Shown here piece by piece: positions 56,076-64,000 of a DNA stretch of 64,000 nt. Position 1 is the first letter of the stretch. Every line of letters starts with the position of its first letter. The translations under genes and the position numbers were made by a program. A model generated the notes under the pieces. That model ran no database searches, was not told where the DNA came from, and saw only the letters and a list, made by a program, of their open reading frames with translations. The stretch comes from an uncultured Candidatus Saccharibacteria bacterium (GTDB taxonomy: Bacteria; Patescibacteriota; Minisyncoccia; Minisyncoccales; Staskawiczbacteraceae), in NCBI GenBank assembly GCA_964427585.1, contig CAYRVC010000002.1:41513-105512 (forward strand). Reading direction: 5' to 3'.

Positions 56076-56952
56076 ATTGGGGTTTTTGGCAGGAGGGGCA
56101 GAAGAAGGCGCTGCGCTGGCCTATTTTCAGCCGTTTTATTTTTTGACCGCAACGGGAGCATTTCTGGCCGGCTCTTTTATAAACCTTTCTTTCGTCATCA
56201 AAGTCTCCTTTCCGACCGTCGGGCTTCCTGTAATCCGAAAAGCTTTCACCGCCCAATTTTATCCCTAAAGTTAAAACTTTTTTGATGGCGTTATAAAGCA
56301 ATTTTAACTCTTTATCGTTTAAGTTTGAAGTGTCTTTTCCAGGATGAATTTTTGCCAACCACAGCGCCTCGCTGGAATATATGTTTCCTATGCCGGCAAT
56401 AATTTCCTGATTCATCAAGATCTGTTTTATCTTGCCTTTTTTATTTTTAAAAACTTCTTTAAATTTTTTAAAAGTGAAGTCTTTTTCCAACGGCTCTGGA
56501 CCCAGTTTTTTCAAATCTTTAGAATTTAACAGCTCTTTTGTTTTCCATAACTCAACCTTGGCAAATTTTCTCATATCAGACAAGGCCAGCATGCTGCTGT
56601 TGTCTAAAAAAAATATCAAATGCAGAAAACGGTTATAAGGATCGGCCAAGGGGCTGTTTTGAGGAGCCGTCCACCCGTTTCCATTTCTTTGCCATTTCCC
56701 GCATAAAAGATGTCCTGTCATTTTTTGGTGGACCAGCAAGGAATATCCTTTAGATAATTCCACAATTACATTTTTTGCCCTGCGCCAGGCTTTGATTATT
56801 TTTTTGCCTTTTATCTCTTTTTTGAAAGCTTTAAAATTGTTCGGCTTCTTTATTATTTTTTCCGCGTCCGTCCAAACATCAAGAAAGGTCCTGCCAAGGA
56901 CCTTTGAGTTCAAACCTTTCACCGTTGTTTCCACTTCCGGCAATTCCGGCAT
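56074..56952 (-). CDS. mutM: Formamidopyrimidine-DNA glycosylase (Fpg/Nei family)
   Basis: 292 aa; N-terminal MPELPEVE catalytic Pro2/Glu3, H2TH domain, C-terminal CxxC..CxxC zinc finger. Confidence 0.85.
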   Translation of the reverse strand: MPELPEVETTVKGLNSKVLGRTFLDVWTDAEKIIKKPNNFKAFKKEIKGKKIIKAWRRAKNVIVELSKGYSLLVHQKMTGHLLCGKWQRNGNGWTAPQNSPLADPYNRFLHLIFFLDNSSMLALSDMRKFAKVELWKTKELLNSKDLKKLGPEPLEKDFTFKKFKEVFKNKKGKIKQILMNQEIIAGIGNIYSSEALWLAKIHPGKDTSNLNDKELKLLYNAIKKVLTLGIKLGGESFSDYRKPDGRKGDFDDERKVYKRAGQKCSRCGQKIKRLKIGQRSAFFCPSCQKPQ

Positions 56953-56956
56953 ATTA

Positions 56957-57544
56957 TTAAATATTATTGGGATCTTCTTTTCTGCTCTTATCTATGCCTA
57001 AGTCTTCTTTTAATTTGCTAATTTCCGCCTTAAGGGCGATTGCTTCTTTCTCTTTGTTGCGGGACCCTTCTTTAAGATTTTCCGATTCCTCTAACAGCCT
57101 TTCAAGCTCTATGGTCCTGTTCCTTACTTTCTGCTCCAAAGCGCCAATTGTCTCTTCCAGGTTTTGCGTTTTGGCCCTTACTTTTATGTCCACTGATTTT
57201 TCGGTTTTTTCAGATTCTGAACGGCTTTTTTCCAGGTCTTCGGCTATTCTGTTAAAAATTTTAGCCAGCTCTCCGAATTCGTCCTTTGTTTCAAGATAAA
57301 CCCTGGTTGTCAGGTCTCCCTGGCTTAATTCCGTGGCTCTTTTTAATATTTTTCTTATGGGCATGGCAAAATTCTGGCCGGTGGCAAAGCCGAATAAAAA
57401 AATAAAAACGGAAAGCAAAAAGACCACGATATAAAAACCGGTGTTCGTTTTGCTTGACTCTAAGGCTATAAAAACAACGATGGTAAAAATGCCTATGATG
57501 ATTATGGGCAGGGCTATTTTGACTGTAATAGCGGATATGTTCAT
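56957..57544 (-). CDS. Membrane protein with HAMP domain and coiled-coil tail
   Basis: 195 aa; two N-terminal TM helices, HAMP-like MPIRKILKRATELSQGDLTTRV..FGELAKIFNRIAEDLE. Confidence 0.5.
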   Translation of the reverse strand: MNISAITVKIALPIIIIGIFTIVVFIALESSKTNTGFYIVVFLLSVFIFLFGFATGQNFAMPIRKILKRATELSQGDLTTRVYLETKDEFGELAKIFNRIAEDLEKSRSESEKTEKSVDIKVRAKTQNLEETIGALEQKVRNRTIELERLLEESENLKEGSRNKEKEAIALKAEISKLKEDLGIDKSRKEDPNNI

Positions 57545-57551
57545 GTTTTTA

Positions 57552-58442
57552 TCACTTGTTTAATGAAGATAAACGGTTTAAAAGGGTATTAAATTCCAAT
57601 TCTTTAAAAATATTTTCAACTTCTTTTTGGTCAAAACTCCCGAACTTGCAGGAGTCTGGCAAAAAATCAACATCAACATCTTTTTTCGTTTCTACCAACT
57701 TTTTTGACAAATAGGCTTTTTCTTTATTTTCTAAAAGAATATCTTTCAGCCGCGTTTTGATATTTGCCATACCCTCTCCGATTTCCTTATACAAATTTTC
57801 TATGTTTCCAAACTGGGCTATCAGAGTTGCCGCTGTTTTATTGCCGATCCCCTGCACTCCCGGGATATTGTCCGAATGGTCTCCGGCAAGGGCTTTAAAA
57901 TCGTTCATCTGTTCGGGGCTCACTCCAAAGCGGGCCAATGTTTTGTTTTCATCATATATGACGGATTCTTTTATCCCCTTTCCTAAAGTATAAACCTTTA
58001 TTTTGTCGTTGACCAGCTGGAGGTTATCAAGATCCCCGCTTAAAATATAGATTTCCGGAAAGCCGGCTTTTTTTGCTTTTTCTGAAAGAGTGGCGATCAG
58101 GTCGTCCGCCTCAAAGCCTTCTTTTTCAAAAATTTGTATTTTAATCGCTTTCAAAACTTCTTTTATTTTCGGAATCTGGCTTGATATCCCATCGGGAGTT
58201 TTCGGCCTTTGTATTTTATAATCTGAAAACATTTTATGGCGGAAGGTGGGGGACTTTACGTCAAAACAGGCGGCGACATAATTTGCTTTTAAATCTTTTA
58301 TGGCTTTGAATAAAATGAGCAAAAAACCATAAACCGCCCCGGTGGGCTCCCCTTTTTTGGTTGCCAAAGGAGGAAGGGCGTGGAAAGCCCTATGCAGAAG
58401 CGAGTTTGAATCAATTATTATTAATCGTTTTTGATCTTCCAT
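57552..58442 (-). CDS. 5'-3' exonuclease (FEN/PolI N-terminal-domain family)
   Basis: 296 aa; LIIIDSNSLLHRAFHA.. and acidic metal-binding clusters, HhH region. Confidence 0.8.
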   Translation of the reverse strand: MEDQKRLIIIDSNSLLHRAFHALPPLATKKGEPTGAVYGFLLILFKAIKDLKANYVAACFDVKSPTFRHKMFSDYKIQRPKTPDGISSQIPKIKEVLKAIKIQIFEKEGFEADDLIATLSEKAKKAGFPEIYILSGDLDNLQLVNDKIKVYTLGKGIKESVIYDENKTLARFGVSPEQMNDFKALAGDHSDNIPGVQGIGNKTAATLIAQFGNIENLYKEIGEGMANIKTRLKDILLENKEKAYLSKKLVETKKDVDVDFLPDSCKFGSFDQKEVENIFKELEFNTLLNRLSSLNK

Positions 58443-58899
58443 TGTTACCTTGAATTATTAATATTATACTATTTTTGAAAAATAAAAACAAAAAGCCCCC
58501 ACATGGGGCTTTTGTTCTTTTTTAAAATTGATTTTTATTCCTGTTCTTCTTCCAATTCTTCATCGTCCTCCTCTTCTTCATCCGCTTCTTCGTCTCCATC
58601 CAATTCTTCCTCTTCCTCTTCCTCGTTGTCAAGATCAACCTCTTCGTCCAGGTCGTCTTGATTTATTAATCTGGTTAAAAATTCCTCTTCCATTGTTTTG
58701 TTTTTAATAATATTTTCCTTTACTCGGCCCTGGATTATTTAAACAGTTAAAAAAATTTTAAACAATAATTATTAAAATAAAATTAAAATCCATGGCTTGA
58801 GTCGACCTTATTTTTTCAAAATTTAACTCTGCATATCTTTATGTCCTTTGCCCATATTATATTTTTTCATAAATTATTGTCAATCCTTTTTTTCCACAG

Positions 58900-59412
58900 T
58901 TACTTTAAATCCAGCAATCTGTTATTAAAAAAAACGCAAAGGGCAATGCCCAAAGCGTCCGCCGCATCGTCTTTTTCCCTGTCTTTTTCTTTTTTGTTGA
59001 AATTTTTCAGATTCAGGCATTTTTTGACCATTTCCTGCACCTGTTTTTTTTCCGCCCTTCCATACCCCACAACGGTCATTTTTACCTGAAGAGGAGTAAA
59101 CTCCTGAACTGGAATTTTATGACTGGCCGCGGCTAGCAAAATAACCCCCTTTGCTTCGCTGACGGAAATGGCGGTTTTTAAGTTTTTGAAAAAAAATAGG
59201 CTTTCCACAGCCATTATTCCAGGCTTATATTTTTTTAAAAGCCTTGTGATGTCCAAACTTATCTTTTTCAGCCGCTCTTCTTTTTTTAAAAAACGGCTTG
59301 TCGTTATGCACCCATAATCTAAAACTTCGGGGTCTTCCTTTTTTAAGTTATGCTTTTCAATTATTCCGTATCCTATTTTTTCAATCCCCGGGTCAATGCC
59401 TATTATGATCAT
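58900..59412 (-). CDS. ruvC: Holliday junction resolvase RuvC
   Basis: 170 aa; MIIIGIDPGIEKIGYGII RNase H-like start, catalytic acidic residues. Confidence 0.85.
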   Translation of the reverse strand: MIIIGIDPGIEKIGYGIIEKHNLKKEDPEVLDYGCITTSRFLKKEERLKKISLDITRLLKKYKPGIMAVESLFFFKNLKTAISVSEAKGVILLAAASHKIPVQEFTPLQVKMTVVGYGRAEKKQVQEMVKKCLNLKNFNKKEKDREKDDAADALGIALCVFFNNRLLDLK

Positions 59413-60137
59413 GCCTTTAGGTTTGAATATATGTCATTTATGGCGTCATTTTCGTCTAACGCCAGAAACAGTTTTTCTGCCTGTTCCTTTTCTTTCTGCC
59501 CAATATCCACTTCCTCTTTGGCAACCCATTCCAAAGAAGCAGAGTCTATCTTTATCTGCTTTTCTTCCAGGTTTTTTTTAATCGCTTCAAGGTTTTCAAG
59601 TTTTGTGTAAATATCAAGAACGTCTCCCCTCCGGGAAATATCTTCAGCCCCCGACTCGATGGCTATTAATTCCAAATCTTCGTTTTTCAGACCCGGTTGC
59701 TGGTCTTTAATATTTATCGCGATTACACCCTTCCTGTCAAACATCCACCTTACAGCCCCTTCCCCGGCCAGTTTGCCGCCGTTTTGGTTTAAAATAACCT
59801 TTATATCGCTAATACTCCTATTTTTATTGTCGGTGATGCCTTCGATGATAAGGGCTATTCCTCCTGGCCCGAATCCTTCAAAAGAAACCTCCTCCAGCTT
59901 TTCGCCCGCCAGTTCGCCCGTGCCTTTTTTTATGGCCCTTTCAATATTCTCTTTGGGCATATTAAAAGACTTGGCTTGGTCTATAACAATCCTTAATTTG
60001 TAATTTATCGAAGGATCTCCGCCTTCTTTGGCGGCAATAGTTATGAGCCTGCCGAATTTGGAAAATATCGCCCCCCTTTTGGCATCTGCAATGCCCTTTG
60101 CGTGCGCTATGGTTTTTGCATGACTGTGTCCTGACAT
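59409..60137 (-). CDS. yebC: YebC/PmpR-family transcriptional regulator
   Basis: 242 aa; MSGHSHAKTIAHAKGIADAKRG..FSKFGR signature. Confidence 0.9.
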   Translation of the reverse strand: MSGHSHAKTIAHAKGIADAKRGAIFSKFGRLITIAAKEGGDPSINYKLRIVIDQAKSFNMPKENIERAIKKGTGELAGEKLEEVSFEGFGPGGIALIIEGITDNKNRSISDIKVILNQNGGKLAGEGAVRWMFDRKGVIAINIKDQQPGLKNEDLELIAIESGAEDISRRGDVLDIYTKLENLEAIKKNLEEKQIKIDSASLEWVAKEEVDIGQKEKEQAEKLFLALDENDAINDIYSNLKA

Positions 60138-61096
60138 GGTTTTAATTTATCTTTTTTAAAAATTTTAACTTTATAAATAAAACTATTGCAAAAGAAATCG
60201 CGGTAATAAATAAAGATATAAAAAAACAAAAACCAAGGGTTTGACCGTTCTGTGTCTTCTTGATTTAAGCCGGCCGTTAAGTCTTTCAGATATACATTAC
60301 CATTATCAGATTTTTTTATTTCTGACAAGGGTTTTGAGGCGGCATTATTTTTAAAAGCCGCAACGTTTATTATGTTTTTTGCGCCCGGAGTCAATGCTTG
60401 GCTCCATTTCCAACTGCCGGATATTTTATTGTAAGATTGGTTTAAGGGAGGTTTTTCAAATTCCGCGGAATCAACACTTTTATTGTCCGGCGTTAAAAGC
60501 TTTAAGCCGTCTTTGTCGTTGTTCAGCATTATTTTTGTGTCCGGCCTTTTAAAAACTAAAAAACCATCTGCTGAAATTTTTGTGCCTTTTATAATCGTAT
60601 AAGTTGCAATCTTTCCGACAGTATCCTGAATTTTCCAGCCAGACAAATCTGCTTCAAAATTATTTGAATTGTAAACCTCTATCCATTCTTCTGTTTCGTC
60701 CGGTCCTTTCGGGTTTGGCAAAATTTCGTTTATAAAAACTCCTGAAGGATAACTTTTAAGAGTTTGCGGAGAACGGGTCTCCGCTTGCTCAACCTCCGTT
60801 TGCTCTACCTTCCCTTGCTCTACCTTCGCTTGCTCAATCTCCACCTGTCCAGCATAAGCTGACCCTTGGTCTTTTATTTTCTGCAAAGTTTTTTCCCCTA
60901 TTCCTTTCACTCTTAACAGGTCGTCAACCGAAGAAAAAGGCCTTGCGTCAATTATTCTCTGCCCTATCACCGGACCGACGCCAGCCAACTCTTCAAGTTG
61001 GCTTTGGGGGGCGGCATTAATGTCTATCTTATTTTCCGCATAAACAAAAACCGGAATAAACAAAAAGCTAAAAAATAAAAATAGAACTTTCTTCAT
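60107..61096 (-). CDS. Secreted ComEA-like HhH DNA-binding protein fused to lamin-tail domain
   Basis: 329 aa; signal peptide, HhH (LEELAGVGPVIGQRII..VKGIGEKTLQKI), EQ-rich tandem linker, LTD-like ..FINEILPNPKGPDETEEWIEVYN.. Confidence 0.6.
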   Translation of the reverse strand: MKKVLFLFFSFLFIPVFVYAENKIDINAAPQSQLEELAGVGPVIGQRIIDARPFSSVDDLLRVKGIGEKTLQKIKDQGSAYAGQVEIEQAKVEQGKVEQTEVEQAETRSPQTLKSYPSGVFINEILPNPKGPDETEEWIEVYNSNNFEADLSGWKIQDTVGKIATYTIIKGTKISADGFLVFKRPDTKIMLNNDKDGLKLLTPDNKSVDSAEFEKPPLNQSYNKISGSWKWSQALTPGAKNIINVAAFKNNAASKPLSEIKKSDNGNVYLKDLTAGLNQEDTERSNPWFLFFYIFIYYRDFFCNSFIYKVKIFKKDKLKPCQDTVMQKP

Positions 61097-61193
61097 TATT
61101 TATTTTATTATATCTATTTATAACAAAATACAAAAGACGCCACATAGCGGCGAACTCATAAAAATTTACAAGATAAAATCCCTTGTTTTAAAT

Positions 61194-62207
61194 TTAGATA
61201 AACGAACTTTGGCTTCCTTTTTGTTTTATGCCAAGGTGTTCATAGGCTAAGCTGGTGGCTATCCTGCCCTTGGGGGTGCGCTCCAAAAATCCGGTTTGCA
61301 TCAAATACGGCTCATAAATATCCAGTATTGTGTTTTCTTCTTCCATGGCGGCCGCTGACAAAGTTTGCAATCCGACAGGCCCCCCGTTAAACTTGTTTAT
61401 CAAGGCCAAAAGCAGATTTCTGTCGCCTGGTTCCAACCCCATCTTGTCAATTTCCAAAAAATCCAAAGCGCGCTCCGCAATTTCTCTTGTAGCAACGCCG
61501 CTGCCATGCACTTGGGCAAAATCCCTTGCTCTTCTTAAAAGCCTGTTGGCAACCCTTGGGGTAAACCTTGAACGCAAGGCAATGACCTTTAGCGCATCAG
61601 GGTCGACTTTAATCCCCAAAATATCAGCCGATCTTGCCAATATTTTTTCAATATCCTGGTTTGTATAAAAATTTAACTGAAAAGTGGCTCCAAAGCGGTT
61701 TCTTAGCGGGCTAGACAGCGCCCCCGGCCTTGTGGTGGCTCCTATCAAGGTAAATTTAGGAAGCTTTAATTCCATTGTCCTTGCCATGGGGCCTTTGCCT
61801 AAAATCAGATTTAACTTATACTCTTCCATGGCAGGATATATATATTCTTCCACTGTTTTGCTCAGGCGGTGTATTTCGTCAATAAATAAAACGTCTCCTT
61901 TTGAAAGGTTTGTCAAAACAGCGGCCAGGTCTCCGGCCCTCTCAATGGCCGGCCCGGAAGTTATGCGGATTCGGCCATTTATCTCCTGAGCCACCAGGCA
62001 GGCTAAAGTGGTTTTCCCCAATCCGGAATTTCCGTAAAACAGCAAGTGGTCGGGCGACTGGCCCCTTTGTTTTGCCGCTGTTATAATTATTCTTATATTC
62101 TCTTTTATTTTATCCTGGCCGATGTAATCTGACCAAAATTTAGGCCTAAGGGCCGAATCTAAAATCTCGTCTGCTTCCTCCGTTTTTTTGGCTAAAGGGC
62201 TTGACAT
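61194..62207 (-). CDS. ruvB: Holliday junction ATP-dependent helicase RuvB
   Basis: 337 aa; AAA+ Walker A GNSGLGKTTLA, Walker B DEIHRL, sensor regions. Confidence 0.95.
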   Translation of the reverse strand: MSSPLAKKTEEADEILDSALRPKFWSDYIGQDKIKENIRIIITAAKQRGQSPDHLLFYGNSGLGKTTLACLVAQEINGRIRITSGPAIERAGDLAAVLTNLSKGDVLFIDEIHRLSKTVEEYIYPAMEEYKLNLILGKGPMARTMELKLPKFTLIGATTRPGALSSPLRNRFGATFQLNFYTNQDIEKILARSADILGIKVDPDALKVIALRSRFTPRVANRLLRRARDFAQVHGSGVATREIAERALDFLEIDKMGLEPGDRNLLLALINKFNGGPVGLQTLSAAAMEEENTILDIYEPYLMQTGFLERTPKGRIATSLAYEHLGIKQKGSQSSFI

Positions 62208-62255
62208 AAATATTGCAAGGTGATATAATGAAACTTATTAAAATTAACATCTGAA

Positions 62256-62388
62256 AGCGGCCCTGGAGTTGGAGGTTTATATTGGATTTGTCTCAGTTTC
62301 CGGGTAGCCTTGAGTCATCTCGGCTATTCCTCGGACAAATCTTTGTTATGTCTCAGACATAAAAACGCCTCCAACTCCAGGGCCGCCT
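62256..62388 (+). ncRNA. Candidate small structured RNA closed by 19-bp perfect stem and T-run
   Basis: GCGGCCCTGGAGTTGGAGG ... CCTCCAACTCCAGGGCCGC followed by CTTTTAATTTT; internal sub-hairpins (ATTTGTC/GACAAAT, ATGTC-TCA-GACAT). Confidence 0.3.
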
Positions 62389-62389
62389 T

Positions 62390-63766
62390 TTAATTTTCGG
62401 AAAATAATTCTTTCTTTTCCGTCTGGTCAGCCTTCTCGTCTTTTTCTAGTCTTGCATCCGCTTCCACGATTCTTTTGACCTCTTCAAATGTGGTGTTTCC
62501 TAAAACAATATCAATTATGCCCGATTGATATATTGTGACCATTCCCTTTTTCATCGCAAGTTCTTTTATTGAAGAAACCGGCGGATTTTCCAGAATAAAC
62601 CTTTCCATTTCAAAATCCACCAGAAATGCCTCAAACACTCCTTTTCTGCCCCTGTATCCTGTAAAATTGCAGAATTCGCAACCTTTTTCATTTGCCCTGG
62701 GGACTTTTATTTTTTCGAGATCTGGCAACTTTACGGAGCGGGAAATATTCTTTAATGCCTTTTTAATTTCTGAAAATTCTTCTAAAGTGGGCTTTTTAAA
62801 GGCAGAACAATTTTTGCATACTTTTCTTACCAACCGCTGAGCCACCACCATTTTCAATGCCGGGGCAATTGAAGACGAGTCTGCCCCTAAATCAACCAGC
62901 CTTGGTATCGATCCTGGAGCGTCATTGGTATGGAGGGTTGACAACACCAAGTGTCCGGTCAAAGCCGCTTGCAGGGAAATCCTGGCTGTTTCCAAGTCCC
63001 TGATTTCACCGACCAGTATTACGTCCGGGTCCTGCCTTACGATAGATCTTAGGCCGTCTGAAAAGTCATATCCTTTTTCCGGAGCCACCTGGGTTTGCGA
63101 AATCCCTTTCAAGTGATATTCGATAGGATCTTCAATTGTAATGATTTTAATTTCCGGGTTCTGGATTTTTTTTAAAAAAGCGTAAAGAGTGGTTGTTTTT
63201 CCAGATCCCGTGGGGCCCGTCACGATTATCATTCCGTTGGGCTTTAATATTTCTTTTTCAAAAATTTTGTACAAATCATCCCTTAAGCCCAGCTCCCCTA
63301 TGCCTATCAGGCTTTTGGGGTTTAAAATCCTCATTACTATCGATTCGCCGTATTCTGCGGGCAAACAGGAGCTTCTTATTTCAATCAAGGCTTCTGGCAT
63401 TTCAATTGTGAATCTGCCGTCCTGGGGCCTGTCTGTGATGTTGAGCTTTATCCTTGAAAGGAGTTTTAACCTGGAAACAAGGCTGTGGTATGTTTTGTGG
63501 TCAAAAAAAATGACATCCTGTAAAATTCCGTCCAACCTTATTCTTAGCCTGACATCCTTTTCCTGGGGCTCTAAATGGATGTCGGAGGCATTGAGGGTAA
63601 TAGCCCCGAATAAAGCAACATCCAAAAGCTCTGAAACGCTCTGGCCCATATACTCTTCTATTTTTTTCTTGTAGGAGGGCACGCTGTTTACGGATTTTCC
63701 GACCTCTCCGATAATTTCCTCTGAAATAGTGACAGAGCCCAACAATTTTTTTGTTGTTGTTTCCAT
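62390..63766 (-). CDS. GspE/PilB-family secretion/type IV pilus assembly ATPase
   Basis: 458 aa; Walker A GPTGSGKTTTL, Asp box, His box, C-terminal CxxC..CxxC tetracysteine. Confidence 0.8.
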   Translation of the reverse strand: METTTKKLLGSVTISEEIIGEVGKSVNSVPSYKKKIEEYMGQSVSELLDVALFGAITLNASDIHLEPQEKDVRLRIRLDGILQDVIFFDHKTYHSLVSRLKLLSRIKLNITDRPQDGRFTIEMPEALIEIRSSCLPAEYGESIVMRILNPKSLIGIGELGLRDDLYKIFEKEILKPNGMIIVTGPTGSGKTTTLYAFLKKIQNPEIKIITIEDPIEYHLKGISQTQVAPEKGYDFSDGLRSIVRQDPDVILVGEIRDLETARISLQAALTGHLVLSTLHTNDAPGSIPRLVDLGADSSSIAPALKMVVAQRLVRKVCKNCSAFKKPTLEEFSEIKKALKNISRSVKLPDLEKIKVPRANEKGCEFCNFTGYRGRKGVFEAFLVDFEMERFILENPPVSSIKELAMKKGMVTIYQSGIIDIVLGNTTFEEVKRIVEADARLEKDEKADQTEKKELFSEN

Positions 63767-63783
63767 ATAATAAATACTTCAGA

Positions 63784-64000
63784 TTATAAAATGCCTATTG
63801 AATCCAATATTTGATTTTTGACCTGTTTGATATCCTGGCTTTCAATGGAAAAGAAAAGCCAATTATTTTTAAGGTCGGCCTGGCAGTTTTTTAAAACATC
63901 TTTCAAAAGGCCGTTGTTTTCAGAATAAAAAAATCCGTTGATCCTTTGGCCCGAACCATGGCTTTTCCATAAAACCAGCATATTGGAGGGATTTAAAAAA
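63784..64000 (-). CDS. Partial CDS (5' end beyond window), hypothetical
   Basis: Open frame running off the window end; no motif. Confidence 0.25.
   Translation of the reverse strand, partial: FLNPSNMLVLWKSHGSGQRINGFFYSENNGLLKDVLKNCQADLKNNWLFFSIESQDIKQVKNQILDSIGIL

Noticed and set aside
56030-56161. N-terminal 44-aa extension of the transposase ORF (MLPLRSKN...IELGARTII)
   Set aside because: It is encoded by the REP-like hairpin and mutM 3' flank. The conserved Y1-transposase N-terminus begins at the internal Met (MPRRKEQ).

Overview
This 64 kb window is low-GC, gene-dense, mostly minus-strand DNA whose gene content resembles a small-genome bacterium, possibly of the CPR/Patescibacteria type (inference from composition and content). 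Content suggesting this includes archaeal-type UMP kinase, a PHP-domain protein, a ComEA-lamin-tail fusion, many lysine-rich hypothetical proteins and a diversity-generating retroelement (DGR).

Housekeeping content includes five aminoacyl-tRNA synthetases (leuS, metG, glyQS, ileS, argS), the smpB-tmRNA pair, the infC-rpmI-rplT operon and rpsT. DNA repair and recombination genes are recO, ruvA, ruvB, ruvC, uvrB, mutM, a PolX polymerase, a 5'-3' exonuclease, a small MGMT-domain protein and a NUDIX hydrolase. Also present are a class I ribonucleotide reductase (nrdAB), indolepyruvate ferredoxin oxidoreductase (iorAB), cell-envelope genes (uppP, a Mur ligase, GT1 and UbiA-like enzymes), csrA, greA, yebC, a PilB-like ATPase, two tRNAs (Leu-CAA, Arg-CCG) and one tmRNA. 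No rRNA or CRISPR array is present.

The most unusual locus is a complete DGR at 51.6-55.1 kb. It comprises a reverse transcriptase with the DGR-specific LGNxTSQ motif, an Avd-like four-helix protein, a 121-nt template repeat and a C-terminal variable repeat in a target gene. Eleven of 14 TR/VR mismatches fall at template adenines. The RT reads in-frame, with no stop codon, into a full-length DNA polymerase III delta subunit (HolA). An 11-nt poly-G tract sits in the RT 5' coding region.

Other accessory signals are listed below.
- An IS200/RAYT-like tyrosine transposase is flanked by a family of GC-rich hairpins (core GAGCCCCGAGCTC). One identical copy is embedded in-frame in tsaC.
- The nrdAB island has elevated GC, sits next to tRNA-Arg, and is bracketed by an old inverted duplication of a two-gene module of unknown function.
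- An iteron/palindrome-rich intergenic region lies next to a small atypical ORF.
- A heptamer microsatellite encodes the same peptide in uvrB and the Mur ligase.
- Several structured intergenic elements may be ncRNAs.
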